A stretch of DNA of 64,000 bases from Selaginella moellendorffii (Eukaryota; Plantae; Lycopodiophyta): assembly GCF_000143415.4 (NCBI RefSeq), contig NW_003314399.1, positions 15,798 through 79,797 of the forward strand, in the 5' to 3' direction. The notes beneath the pieces are model-generated. The model saw nothing but the letters and a program-made list of their open reading frames with translations. It was not told where the DNA came from and made no database searches. Position numbers and translations under genes: made by a program. The stretch's first letter is position 1. Each line of letters starts with the position of its first letter. Shown piece after piece: positions 48,601 through 58,807 of this stretch.

Positions 48601-49080
48601 CTCCATGGTAGGAAATTCTGAACTCAAAGAGCTATAACTTGCATGCAGCACGTCCGATTTGCTTGATTCTTCCTGCCAATTGTGTGACTGGATGTCATCT
48701 TCCGTCTCCAAAAAAAAGCATGACAAAATACGCTCGAAGTCTTCAGCTATCGCGATTTTAGTAGGAAGATGCTGGCTGTGTAACACCTCAGGGAGTTGCT
48801 GAGGAGAATTGAGTTCAGCTGTGTCCTGTGAAAGATGGACTCGGTCTGGGGTGACTGTGTCATCAAGCTCGATAAGAGAGAGTTGGTCCCATGCAAAAAA
48901 CGAATCAAGGAGCCCTTCCTCTATCAAGAAACACTCTGAAAAGCTGGATATGTGAGCCCGTATCCTATAAGCCCTGCCCTCAAATAAAGAGGGCCTGTCT
49001 AGAGGCTCAACCTTACTCTCAAATAAAGAGAGTGAAGCTGAGAGATGTCTCGGGCTACCTGACTCACCTCCAACCGTGAG
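45691..49080 (-). CDS. pol: Pol: archaeal-type RNase H, RT (YMDD), degenerate native RNase H, integrase (premature TAG at 45691; frame resumes to ~45532)
   Basis: YFDGA...NEAEYLA...GDAQLII...VPREENFWADRLS precedes RT (FMDGFSGYNQI, PFGLCNAGATFQ, YMDD); integrase GYFWP, WGLDFVGPI, VSDRG. Confidence 0.93.
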   Translation of the reverse strand, partial: LTVGGESGSPRHLSASLSLFESKVEPLDRPSLFEGRAYRIRAHISSFSECFLIEEGLLDSFFAWDQLSLIELDDTVTPDRVHLSQDTAELNSPQQLPEVLHSQHLPTKIAIAEDFERILSCFFLETEDDIQSHNWQEESSKSDVLHASYSSLSSEFPTMEPSVQIQGYYTETLAPDLDWTSVEDLPSLAEYLAAVLALDIEHLEHQKQREPQTKTPDPTATFLPDLPETVLPDVVSPASLFEEEATPMITAYFDGAFYPKNQVAGIGVWMIDSAENKVADLSITLPATSANEAEYLAAISAMKLATNLKFRRVTFIGDAQLIIRQLTGEYQVCKENLKELWQRAVNLKDEFSEVSFQSVPREENFWADRLSHQAITTMREAKGTPCSSVSRVREELKIEPPETKVSPDSRVHGVFLGDDKDPVFIATSLASTNAAKLLDLLHCFKDVFAWDYSQLPGVPMDTIMHNIMLSESAKPVRQKMRRFSPAAHSEMKLEIERLLAAGFIYPLESSEWVANLVPARKANGKLCLYIDFRDLNKATAKNHFPTPFIDAIVDEMAGHRYYSFMDGFSGYNQIFIHPDHRDLTAFRTPWGVFAFNVLPFGLCNAGATFQHFMTHTFHDLIGGTLRVYMDDLCMTLDSFEDHLMHLEQVFTRCRHHRFSLNPAKCKFGVTEGRLLGFDVSQDGIKPQVAKAQEILDWNPPTNLKQLRSFLGQTGFFRRFIHNYAAHSRPLVALLQHSVPFIWGESQQQAFESLQQSLRIAPVLQPPERQLPFDIYITMGTEAFRVCLCQCSQPGKPPHATYYASHSFKETEKKYVDAEKEAVAVVYTLERFRHFLAGARIHFHVYFNVLTFLLQRPVHSPRTLSWIVTIQEFQPTFHMRRKRVMDPSEFLVAEATSFVVPAALQDVVVYLDSGQFPADSSPVQQKALEIRARGFCLLDEHLYRRTSQEVLLRCVGEHEVPELLRAFHSCAGHFSGQVTAQLLLRHGYFWPRIHQDSLAYAKSCEQCQRFNPQSHVPCLPFQIITSPGPFFQWGLDFVGPINPPSSKGQRYIIVATDYFTKWVEATPLRQADQQSTAKFVYEYIICRFGVLAVLVSDRGSGFLGYVMQRLLQQLQVKHVKSSSYYPECNG

Positions 49081-51058
49081 TCATGCATGAGGAAGCATCC
49101 GCCATATAGATGGTTGATGCCACTGCCAACTCAGGAAAAACCTCTGTGAGGTCGGGAGGAAAGTATGGTGTGGAGGCCATCTTAGTCCGAGCTTGCTGGG
49201 CTTGTTGAGAAAGAGCTCTGCCATGGTTGTTGAGAAAGGTGGCGCTATGGGTTCCATCGCTAATTTCTAACTTGCCTTGTGCACTATCAATGGTGCAATG
49301 GGCTGTGACTTGCCATGAGCGGCCAAGGATGTTAGAGTCCTTCAAAGAGGATGTTCCAAGACGTTGGTAGTCAACCACGAGGAAATCCACCTCAGAAATA
49401 ACACCCTGCACAGAGACCTTGACACCACAACAAATTCCCGCTGGAGGAACGATATGGTTGGCGAAGGTTTTGAGCACGATGGAGGAGCTCTCAGTGATCT
49501 GTAGCTGTGCTGAAAGGGCAGCTTCGAGAGAGATAATGTTGCTTCCAGAACTGGAGTCAACCAAAGCATCCATCCTACAAGAGGAAGTACCGATCTGCAC
49601 CGGGACGAAGAATGGACCAGGATCCCCTCCATATCTTGTCATATCGACAATGTGCACCTCTTGAGGAGTCCTCTTGAGAGTGCTCTCTATTGTTCCTGAC
49701 CGTGCAAACTCCTCCAAACGCTGGCCGAATCCTGGGACAAGACACAACATATCTCGGAGCGAAAAGGTGACGGGAGTGTCAACCAGCTGTTGAAGAACTG
49801 GCTCCAGAACAGGAGTAGCTATTGGTGAGATCTCAGAAGGAGGAGAGAGAAGTGACTTGAAAGGGAGTTTACAAGCCACCCTTTGTGTCACTGGGCCTAA
49901 TGACAACGGAGAGTCGCTCTCAACTGGCGCTGAGGGATCTATGGTAGGCTGAGTGGCTACCTTCTTCTTCGCTTGGGCTCGAGTGGCTGCGGTTTGCTGT
50001 TGTTGCCAATAAAGTTCCTCGGCTACCAAAATCATGTTGACCGATGAGACCGGTGCCTTGCCTTTGCTTGACGAAGGAGCTGTCTCAATTGCTTGTCGCT
50101 CCAACTGCTCCTGATATGTCTCTGGACCCTGAGGCTGTGTGGAGTTATCAGCAAAGGGATGTTGTTGGACACGTTGAGAAGATGGAGGCCGAAGCTCTGG
50201 GTGAAGCTTGAAGCAGCGCTGTGTGTTGTGTGTGTTCGTCTCGCAGTGAGTGCACCAACGGGACTTAAATCTGCGTTCCCAAGCTGTAGCAGCCTCTTTC
50301 CTGGACTCTACCAGCTCCTGGAGCAGTTTGTCATGGTGTGATTGCTGTTGAAGAATGATCTCCTTCAGCTGCCGCATCTCATTGGCAAAGTTCTCAAGAG
50401 CCGGGGGTGTATGCTCAATAGCGACAGGCTTTGATGTGGACAGGCGTATAACGGCACAAGGTGACTCTAACGGGATGATGGCTTGGTCAAAATCAACTCT
50501 AGCAACCCCCAAGTCGACCAGAAGCTCTCTTTCCAGCTTTGTGGCAAACGAAAATGCCTCACGGCAAGACCTGAAAGTCTTCTTAAGAAGTTTCCGCTGC
50601 AAGTTCCCACACAGACCTGCTGTGAATGCTGTGATCCCCTGTTGCTCATCTTGGACTACTCTGCGATCCCAACACTGCTTCCAGTAAGCTCGAAAGCCTG
50701 TGATGTAGTCAGGAACAGTCTCGTGAGCACCCTGTCGGAACGAAAAGAGGTCGACAAGTAGCCGATTTGTGGGTTTTTCTTCAACGAAGCGTTCTCTGAA
50801 AGAAGCAAGTAGTGTCTGGAAGTCTGTCCGGTCCTCTGGGAGGAGAGAATCTGCCCAAGTTGTTGCTTTGCCTTTGAGAGACTGCAGGAAGTCGCGGCAC
50901 ATACGATCATCGTCGACGATCATGTTTGTGGTGCAGTAGTAATCAAAGCGACTAACATGCGATGTTGGAGAGACTGTTCCAACACCTGAAAAGACCGGCA
51001 GATCACTCCCCTTCTGCAGAACATGGAGCTGAGGTCGAGCTAAGGGTGGCTGCGCCAT
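49064..51058 (-). CDS. gag: Gag-protease polyprotein of the Tat-like element
   Basis: Retrotrans_gag-like QGAHETVPDYITGF, CCHC knuckle CTHCETNTHNTQRC, protease ALVDSSS...ILGRSW. Confidence 0.9.
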   Translation of the reverse strand: MAQPPLARPQLHVLQKGSDLPVFSGVGTVSPTSHVSRFDYYCTTNMIVDDDRMCRDFLQSLKGKATTWADSLLPEDRTDFQTLLASFRERFVEEKPTNRLLVDLFSFRQGAHETVPDYITGFRAYWKQCWDRRVVQDEQQGITAFTAGLCGNLQRKLLKKTFRSCREAFSFATKLERELLVDLGVARVDFDQAIIPLESPCAVIRLSTSKPVAIEHTPPALENFANEMRQLKEIILQQQSHHDKLLQELVESRKEAATAWERRFKSRWCTHCETNTHNTQRCFKLHPELRPPSSQRVQQHPFADNSTQPQGPETYQEQLERQAIETAPSSSKGKAPVSSVNMILVAEELYWQQQQTAATRAQAKKKVATQPTIDPSAPVESDSPLSLGPVTQRVACKLPFKSLLSPPSEISPIATPVLEPVLQQLVDTPVTFSLRDMLCLVPGFGQRLEEFARSGTIESTLKRTPQEVHIVDMTRYGGDPGPFFVPVQIGTSSCRMDALVDSSSGSNIISLEAALSAQLQITESSSIVLKTFANHIVPPAGICCGVKVSVQGVISEVDFLVVDYQRLGTSSLKDSNILGRSWQVTAHCTIDSAQGKLEISDGTHSATFLNNHGRALSQQAQQARTKMASTPYFPPDLTEVFPELAVASTIYMADASSCMTHGWR

Positions 51059-53093
51059 AGCTTGTAGATCTAAGTCACTGGAATCTGTTGAGGAGGAAGA
51101 GGACTCGGCCCGAGAAGGTGCAGTGTCGTACCTAAGCTGCCTTTGGATGTTGGAAAGTTTACTCCATACTTTAGGGCCTTGAGGTATGGTGAAAGGGTGC
51201 CAATTTGTCGTATGTCTAGTTTATACCGGCATCAAATACCCTGAACACTACAAATGCTTGGTCAAGGCAACTGGGTTGATAGGAGCAAGAAGACTGTAGG
51301 CTAGTGCTCAAGTTGCTCACGTAACCATTGACCCGTAGGATAACCGCCAGAGTAGCCACTGGAGTAGCCGCTGGAGGAGCCACTGGAGTAGCTGGTAGCC
51401 GGTAACTGGGGTAGCCACTGGAGCAGCCACTGGAGTAGCCGCAGGAGTAGCCGCGGGAGTAGCCGGTAGCCGATAACTGGGACCTGAGACCTATAACCGG
51501 TAACCCCTACTCTCGCTCCTACCCTGCGCTTGCTCCAACACCAACTCCTATCCCTGTGCCTATTCCTACTGTCCCTGTTTCTACGCCAACTCTTGTTCCT
51601 GCTCCTCCTGTTCCTGTTCCTACGGTTACCTGTTCCTTGAAGATTGCTTCGTTCCCAAGGAACCCCCGACAAAGGTTAACCCAAAAGAGAAAAATGAGTC
51701 CTCTAGTCTCGATCCTTCTCCATTTTGACTGTCGGTGGGCTCTTTGGCAAGGGCTCAGCCCCGTCTACCCTCTATTGTAGGAATGTGGGAAGAAGCCGCC
51801 TCAATACCCCCTGAAATCCACGAAGAGGTAGCCTAGAACGCCAACATTGTGGAAAAACATGTGCATGTCTGTGATGTAGATTGATACTGAGGCGCCGTTG
51901 GTATTTTTGGAAAGCCTAGGACCAAGAGCACCTCTAGAACTAAACAGTAGCCAAAACAAAGCCCGGAGGAACACGAATTCCTGCTACAAAGATGACCCAA
52001 CTTGGCCGGAGAAGAAAATTCTTTTGCATGCCGTCAATTCGCCCAAATCTAGTGCCAAGAACCACCACTACTCATAGATCTAGGCCAGATCTACAAGCCC
52101 AAATGCATTACCTTGAGAAATTCGGCTAAGGATTCAGGTGAGAAAGTGAAAACCCCAAAATGCTCATCCAACCGAGCCAAGAAATGTTGTATCTCTTCAA
52201 ATACTGCACGGCTTGATGAGCGCCATACTTTGCTAGAAAGAGGAGCTCCAGACTTATCTAACACGACCAAGATCAAAGAAAACCACCGCAAGACGAACAA
52301 GGAATTCCTTCCCAAACTCTGCGGCCAAAAGAAAAGAGAGAAACGACGCTTCAGAAAGTGTTGTGCATCATGCCGGGTTCACCATTTGTTGGGGGAAGGA
52401 GGGGCGCCTCCCCCAACGCTCGCTCAAACACGAGAAATGCTTCACTGCTCTCTGCAAAAATGCCCCCCCTTGCCCTTGTGAGGCAAGGGTTTTATACAAG
52501 GAAGATGGGGAATATTCTAAGGACGAGAATATTCCCTCTCTCTCTCTCTCACTCTCTCGGTGGCTACGCCCTAACAGTTCATGAATAAAGTTCCTAGTTC
52601 AAAGTGTTGATTTGAACTATTGATGATGATGTGACTTAGTTAAAATGACCAAGTGGGAAAAACACATAAGGGAAATGAGCTGTGTCAATGCAATGGTAAT
52701 CTCTAAGAAAGACCTATGAAAGGGTCACAAAGTTGAGCTATGGATAAAGCCCATAGTAGAGAATGCTAAAAAGACTTACTAGGGGTAAATACCCTTTGGA
52801 CTTGGTAAAGTGGAGCTTTTGCCATGGAACCGAAAGAATGCCTCAAGGATGGAGGTAGTGATCCTTTGTTGCTTGGTGCAATAATCAATGGATAGAAGCA
52901 AAAGACTAATGGCCAAGTTTAGGCCATGGGATTCATTGGAAGGAATCCCAATGGCAAAGTTAGCCAAAGAACACTAATGTGTTGAATGCTAACGGATTGT
53001 GGGAAAGGAAATGTGCTTCCAAAGATGGATTCCCAAGTGCTTCAATTTGGCAAAGGTGAAAGTTCCAAGGGAAGGGGTGGCAAGGTAACCAAA

Positions 53094-53670
53094 TGTAGTG
53101 CACCTTATCTCTCTCCCATTAAGCTAACTGGAAAAGGGGCAATTGCTTAATGAGAGAGCCTTTAATGGCTATTTTATCCCCATTTATCCCCTAAGGTTCC
53201 AAGGATTCACGGTGACAATATATCTAAATCTCACTCATCCTATTTTCGCATTCAATCTACCAATCCTTCCATTGTGTAGACCAGCTATTCCATGTGAGGC
53301 AACTAGTCATCCACCCGTACCGTAATCCCACGGTGGATACCTTCGTCTATGGATACTCCACACAAGAGGAAGGACGTACCCATGGATGCCCAATACGTAC
53401 GATTTCAAATTTATGGGTAGGAATATACCTTGCTCAAGGGTATATTATATTTTTAAGTAGCCACTAATCAATGAGAATCGAACCCGTGCCATTTGCTCCG
53501 ATACCACATGTAGTGCACCTTATCTCTCTCCCCTTAAGCCAACTAGAAAAGGGGCAATTGCTTGATGAGAGAGCCTTTAGTGGCTATTTTATCCCTATTT
53601 ATCCCCCAAGGTTCCAAGGATTCACGGTGACAGTATATCCAAATCTCATGCCATGATCATATGCGCTACA
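53094..53670 (-). mobile_element. TRIM (terminal-repeat retrotransposon in miniature), 577 bp
   Basis: Direct repeats 53094-53232 and 53509-53670 (TGTAG...CTACA); tRNA-Met PBS at 53495-53506; perfect TSD CCAAA; empty site at ~59368. Confidence 0.92.
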
Positions 53671-54404
53671 CCAAATGATAAAGCTGTGGATAGCTTTAGT
53701 GCAAATTATGTAACAATAGAACTTAGTGCCTAAAGTGGCACAAATAAAGAACTTCCTAGGATGGGGAAGTAGAATTTGCACAATACGTGCAAAACAAGGT
53801 GTCGAAGACACCTAGGAAGTTGACATTGAGAAGTCAAAATTAAAAGTTTCAAAGTGTGATGGTTATATTGGTAGAAGCCAATACTACTCCTGAATGAGTA
53901 GTCCCATTAAAATAGAGAAGGTGTCTTTAGCAAGTTTAGCATGAACTAAACTAGCAAAAGAGGAAGGACCACCATAAGCGGTCTAATAAGTCTCTAAGTT
54001 GGAGAAACTATGCTCCTTAGAGCATGGACAATGCATGGTGAGCCTTCGATGTCAAACCATTAACGAATATTGCCTAGGTGCCAAGGATGGAAAGGGTAAT
54101 ACATGCTAGTGTTACTTTATAAAATAGTTTATTATTCGATGAGAACATCAAATTTTGTCTATGGGTGGTGGAGTTGTGAGACACAAAATCCCTAGGCCGC
54201 AAAGGGGAGCTGAAAGGATGCCATGTGGTAGTGGCTAAGGCAGAAGCCAAATGAGCGTAACACATTTGGACTAAAAACTCTGACTCAAAACGTAGAGAGC
54301 GGGAGTGAAACTCCCAACGAAGTGTTCAAGGAACGAGCACGCAGCAAGCAATAAGTGAGTCTCTAGAAAAGGGACACGAGAGGACTAACACATGACATGT
54401 GGAA

Positions 54405-54768
54405 GAGTCCGAGATGGGGTCCGAGATGGAGTCCGAGATGGACTCGAGATGGAGTCCGAGATGGACCCGAGATGGAGTCCGAGATGGACCCGAGATGGAG
54501 TCCAAGATGGACCCGAAATGTAATCTGAGATGGACCCGAGATGAAGTCCAAGATGGAATCCGAGATGGACCCGAAGTGGAATCCGAGATGAAGTCCAAGA
54601 TGGACTCGAGATGGAGTCTGAGATGGACCTGAGATGGAGTCCGAAATGGATCCGAGATGAAGTTTGAGATGGACCCAAGATGGAGTTTGAGATGGACCCG
54701 AGATGGACCCGAGATGGAGTCCGAGATGGAACCGAGACCGAGAGCGAGACCAAGACCAAGACCAAGAC
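54405..54768. repeat. GAGATGGAGTCC/GAGATGGACCC tandem array in the family A LTR
   Basis: Direct reading. Confidence 0.95.
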
Positions 54769-55916
54769 TATAGCGCACATGGTTTTGACCCTCTATCCTA
54801 TAGTGATTTACCATAGGATAACACCACGAAGCGGAACCTAAACGCTCTTTATGCCACATGACATATACCACATGCCATATGCCACGTGTCCAAAGGATAG
54901 TGGTGCGAAACTCGAGATTCAGGGCCTTGGGCCATTGAATGAAGGAACAGTGCCAAACTCCCAAGCATGGAGCCAAGGAGCAATGGCACTAGAGCATGGA
55001 ACGACTCTCGAGCATACAGCCCAAGGAGTAAAGGGACAGGAACACGGAGCGACTTGAAATAGTCCTAGAGTATCCAGCATCCCAATGCTAGGACCAGCAC
55101 GCAAAATGGAGCCAAACAGAGTCTGGCACTATTTCGGCATACCGGTGGCAAGGATATGGGTACTCCACCAGCTAGCATGGTGTGAAGTGTGGGCTTAGAC
55201 CCAATCCGGATGCAGAACAAGGATAGGCACGCAAGCGGGAGCTAGACTATGCCTCAGGTTGGTTGGCCATGCCCGACCTAGGTCACCCACTATCCCTACT
55301 ATACATTTGGAACCCCTCATAGTCCCCCCCCCCCCCCCCCCCCCCTTAAGGAAAACATGGTTTGGGCTTGCCTCCCTTAGTACCAGAAGTTAGTCTCTGG
55401 GAAAAACTTGAAACTTACTAAATATGGAATGTCCTTAGATTGCAAATTTGGACACGGCACGAACACCATTGTGTTCAAGACAATCTCTACATTCTGTAGA
55501 TATCCCAAATGAGCAAATCTGGACACTTTCCATAAATAGCATTTCAGACCAAAATAAGACTAACAATAAGAGCATGATAGCAAGGGTGTTTGGCAGACAC
55601 AATAAGCTATCATCTAGCGATATTGAGGGACTAATCTCAATATGCAAGGGTTCTTGTCAAGCTAGTGCAAGACAGAGCAAAAGAGAACTAACAAGCCGGG
55701 CCAAGTATGCTTGGCTAAATAGACATTTAGGGATTCCTTCCTTATGCTTGTCCGGCCAAGTACAGATGCAAAGTCCAGTTTACTAACACTTGAACAAGAG
55801 GGGCTGATAAAGGGAACCAGCAATACTGACCTCCTACTATTGTGGCAATAAGGTAAGAGTGTCTATAAGGACTAGTCGATAGGTAACTTTCGATACCCAA
55901 AGTCACATTCGCGACA
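54769..55916 (-). mobile_element. Solo LTR, family B (copy 2), inserted in the family A repeat array
   Basis: Homologous to 34711-35806; TSD aagac/gagac. Confidence 0.88.
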
Positions 55917-55944
55917 GAGACCGAGTTCGAGTCCGAATTTGAGA

Positions 55945-56351
55945 TGCAGGCTTGGCGCAGGCGATGGACGCCATGCATGGGGTCAGAGTCGACCCAGGGA
56001 GTCCAGTGGCGATGGCGCATACCCGACCGCTTCGCAGCTTCAGCACAGTATGGTGACATCCAGTTGGATCAGATACGACGGGCCAGGACTGATGCAATCC
56101 CGTTCATGCTTCTCACGGCACCACCTACCTCGCACTCGGGCGATCACAACCCTGACAGCTCCACCACACACGCAATTCGCCAGAGATTGACTGCTTCACT
56201 TGAGCACTTTGCGGGAGAGCATTTTTTCTAGAGAGTCAGCTCTCACCGCTCTTCACACCCTCGTGGGGTGGCGAAGAGTATATGTTGTAAATATTTTGCC
56301 ACACGCGGTGGTCCCTAGGGGACGATGAGGATAATAAAACACGCCCGTTAA
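55945..56351 (+). mobile_element. 5'-truncated non-LTR retroposon-like insertion (407 bp)
   Basis: 18-bp TSD tcgagtccgaatttgaga / tcgagtccaaatctgaga; ORF end at 56231; 3' stem-loop; AATAAA near the end. Confidence 0.7.
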
Positions 56352-58224
56352 TCGAGTCCAAATCTGAGACCGAGACCAAGGCTGAGTCCGAGTCTAAGTT
56401 CAAGTTTGAATACTAATACAGGCTATTGGGTGAAAGCCCAAAGGAATCGTCCCCCAGGGGGGGAGGCTGCAAGGGGTTCCAAAAGTATAGTAGAGAGAGT
56501 GTGGGGGGTTGGACCCAATAGAGCCAATTTGGCCAGGAAAGGCTAGTTTAGCCCAAGAAGGTTGTACCCAAGTGCTGGGTGATAAGATAACCACTGGGAA
56601 GTCCAAGGCTAAAGTGAATATAGACCGACAACTGGGGTAGGTTGGTGAAGTGTTCAAAAGCTGATTCTAGTTCCCCTAGGAGATCGAATGGTTGATGCTC
56701 TCAGTCCAAGTGTGGGTGGCACTACCTACTTGGATACCTGGCATGGCTCAATAGAACCTCACTTTAATCCCATGGCTAGAGCACCTAAAGGCGAAAGGTG
56801 GGGAGAGTACCCACAAGGCTTGCATAGGGTCACGGTGTTCCGAAATGTTGTCCCAAAGTCCCAGACTGTGGAAAGGAAAAGGAGCAATCCTCTGGTATAG
56901 TGACCAGGGATACAGTCATGTGGTAAGGAAGTCCTAGAGGATAGTGGGACTTAGTGGTTGGGCTTATGAGCCTTGTCCCAGTGGCAGTGTTGGTGAACAC
57001 AACCATGGACAGAAAAGAGACTTGGTGGGGACTATAATAGGGATATTGGGGAAGGTTGTACCCTATTTCTAAAGGCATCCTAAAGGTGCTAAGGAGTGGA
57101 TCTAGGATGATCACTCATGGACGGATGGCCCAATCTGTGAGAGACGGGACTATAATGTAGGTGATGTCGGATCACCAGTATAACCAAGGTGAATGGGCAT
57201 GGCCTTAGTGTAACGGGTTGATATATCAGTGGTACCTTGGGGTGTTGATCACGGGATCAAACACATGGAGCACTTGATGATACTCTTGAAAAAAAGATGG
57301 AAGGATAACTGACTTATTCACACAAAGTCCTTTCGTTATTCATGCAACTCCTCATTTCCCGAGTGCATCTTGGTGTTTAAACCTTTCACTATAGTAACAC
57401 TAACAGGATGTTGTTGACACCAAGGTCTCCACCCAAGAAATATAGGTGGCATTTCGAAACCACTGCAACCCTGATAAGTGGGCCAATTTCTTTCCCATAT
57501 TTTGCAGCGAACCCCATGGGGATAACCACATTCTCACCCTTGTCCTTGAACTCGAGCAGTAGTAGCATCAACCTTCATTAGAACAATGTAAGCGACTAAT
57601 GTTTCCATTCTACTTTGGTCACTTAACCATACCTCCGACCACTTGGAGGAGTCTCATTCACAACCTCCATAAGTTCAATTCAAGACTTGGTGCTTGCTCG
57701 CCCCGAGAATGGCATCCATGCCACTCAACCTTTGCACTTGGTCCAAGTGCTCCACGTGTCCGATCCCACAATTGACACCCCAAGGTACCACCAACATATC
57801 AACCCATTACGCTAGGCTATGCCCATTCACCTTGGTCACATCGGTAGTCCAACACCACCTGCATTGCAATCCCATCTCTCCAAAACTGGGCCATCTGTCC
57901 ATGAGTGGTCCTCCCAAATCCACTCCTTAGCATCCCTAGGATACCCGCAGATATGGGCAATAGCTTTCCCCAATATCTCCTTTCCGGTCCTCACCAAGTC
58001 CCTTACTGTCCATGGCCATGTTCACCAACACTGCCACTGGATCAAAGCCCAACCACAGTCCTCTGGGACTTCCTCACTGTGTGACTGTGTCCTTGGTCAC
58101 CACACCAGAGGGCTACTCCTCTTCCTTTCCACAACCTGGGACTTTGGGACAACATTTTGGAACACCATGGCCCTATGCGGGCCTCATGGGTACTCTCCTT
58201 ACCTTCCGCCTTTGGGTGCTCTAG

Positions 58225-58418
58225 TGTAAGCAACCAAAGGGAACGACTCGAGAGACGATCCATGGGGTTCAAATATAGAGGGAAAGGGCCCATGAATAAG
58301 AGTGCACCCCCTTTTCCAATCGGTTAAGGGTCTTGGGATAGTTGGAGTTAAGCGTCCTTGGGTTTGAATAGTACTGGGCTGGGTGACCTCCTGGGAAGTC
58401 CAAACTCAGGAGCTTACA
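58225..58418 (+). mobile_element. Cassandra-like solo LTR carrying a 5S rRNA internal promoter segment (58346-58401)
   Basis: TGTAAGC...GCTTACA termini; perfect TSD TCTAG; AGTTAAGCGTCCTTGGG..TAGTACTGGGCTGGGTGACCTCCTGGGAAGTCC matches the 5S box A-IE-box C region. Confidence 0.9.
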
Positions 58419-58707
58419 TCTAGCCAGGGGCTTAGAGCGAGGTTTCGTTGAGCCACGATTAGTATCTAAGTAGGTAGTGCCACCCACACTTGGACTGGGA
58501 GCATCGACCATTCGATCTCCCGGGGGAACTAGAGTCGGCTCTTGAACACTTCACCAAGCTACCCCGCTTATCGGTCCGTATTCACTCTAGTCTTGGACTT
58601 CCCAGTGGTCAGCTCATCACCCACCACCTGGGTACAGCCTTCCTAGGCCAAACTGGCCTTTTCTAGCCAAACTAGCTCCATTAGGCTCCAACACCCCCCC
58701 CCCCCCG

Positions 58708-58807
58708 NNNNNNNNNNNNNNNNNNNNNNNNNNNNNNNNNNNNNNNNNNNNNNNNNNNNNNNNNNNNNNNNNNNNNNNNNNNNNNNNNNNNNNNNNNNNN
58801 NNNNNNN
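58708..58807. other. Assembly gap (100 N) at the position of the LTR tandem array
   Basis: N run after poly-C. Confidence 1.

Larger units (their letters stand above)
45532..52576 (-). mobile_element. TatI-like Ty3/gypsy element, 5' part (5' LTR 52387-52576, tRNA-Trp-like PBS, gag-PR, aRH-RT-RH-INT)
   Basis: 190 bp LTR TGTTAGGG...CCCCAACA; PBS TGGTGAACCCGG; two long ORFs. Confidence 0.95.
52577..57277 (+). mobile_element. Family A copy 1, 3' part (internal region, PPT, 3' LTR from 54175, truncated ~57277, with nested inserts)
   Basis: Continues the sequence interrupted at 40797 (compare the uninterrupted site ~59905-59925); gggtggtggagt then TGTGAGACAC. Confidence 0.88.

Noticed and set aside
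51845-52386. A longer (~730 bp) Tat LTR ending at ...CCACA with PBS TGGCGTTC
   Set aside because: LTR-LTR identity, inverted termini, TSD and the Trp-like PBS all place the LTR end at 52387.
57278-57586. Continuation of gypsy element D
   Set aside because: No RT motifs recognised; left unassigned.
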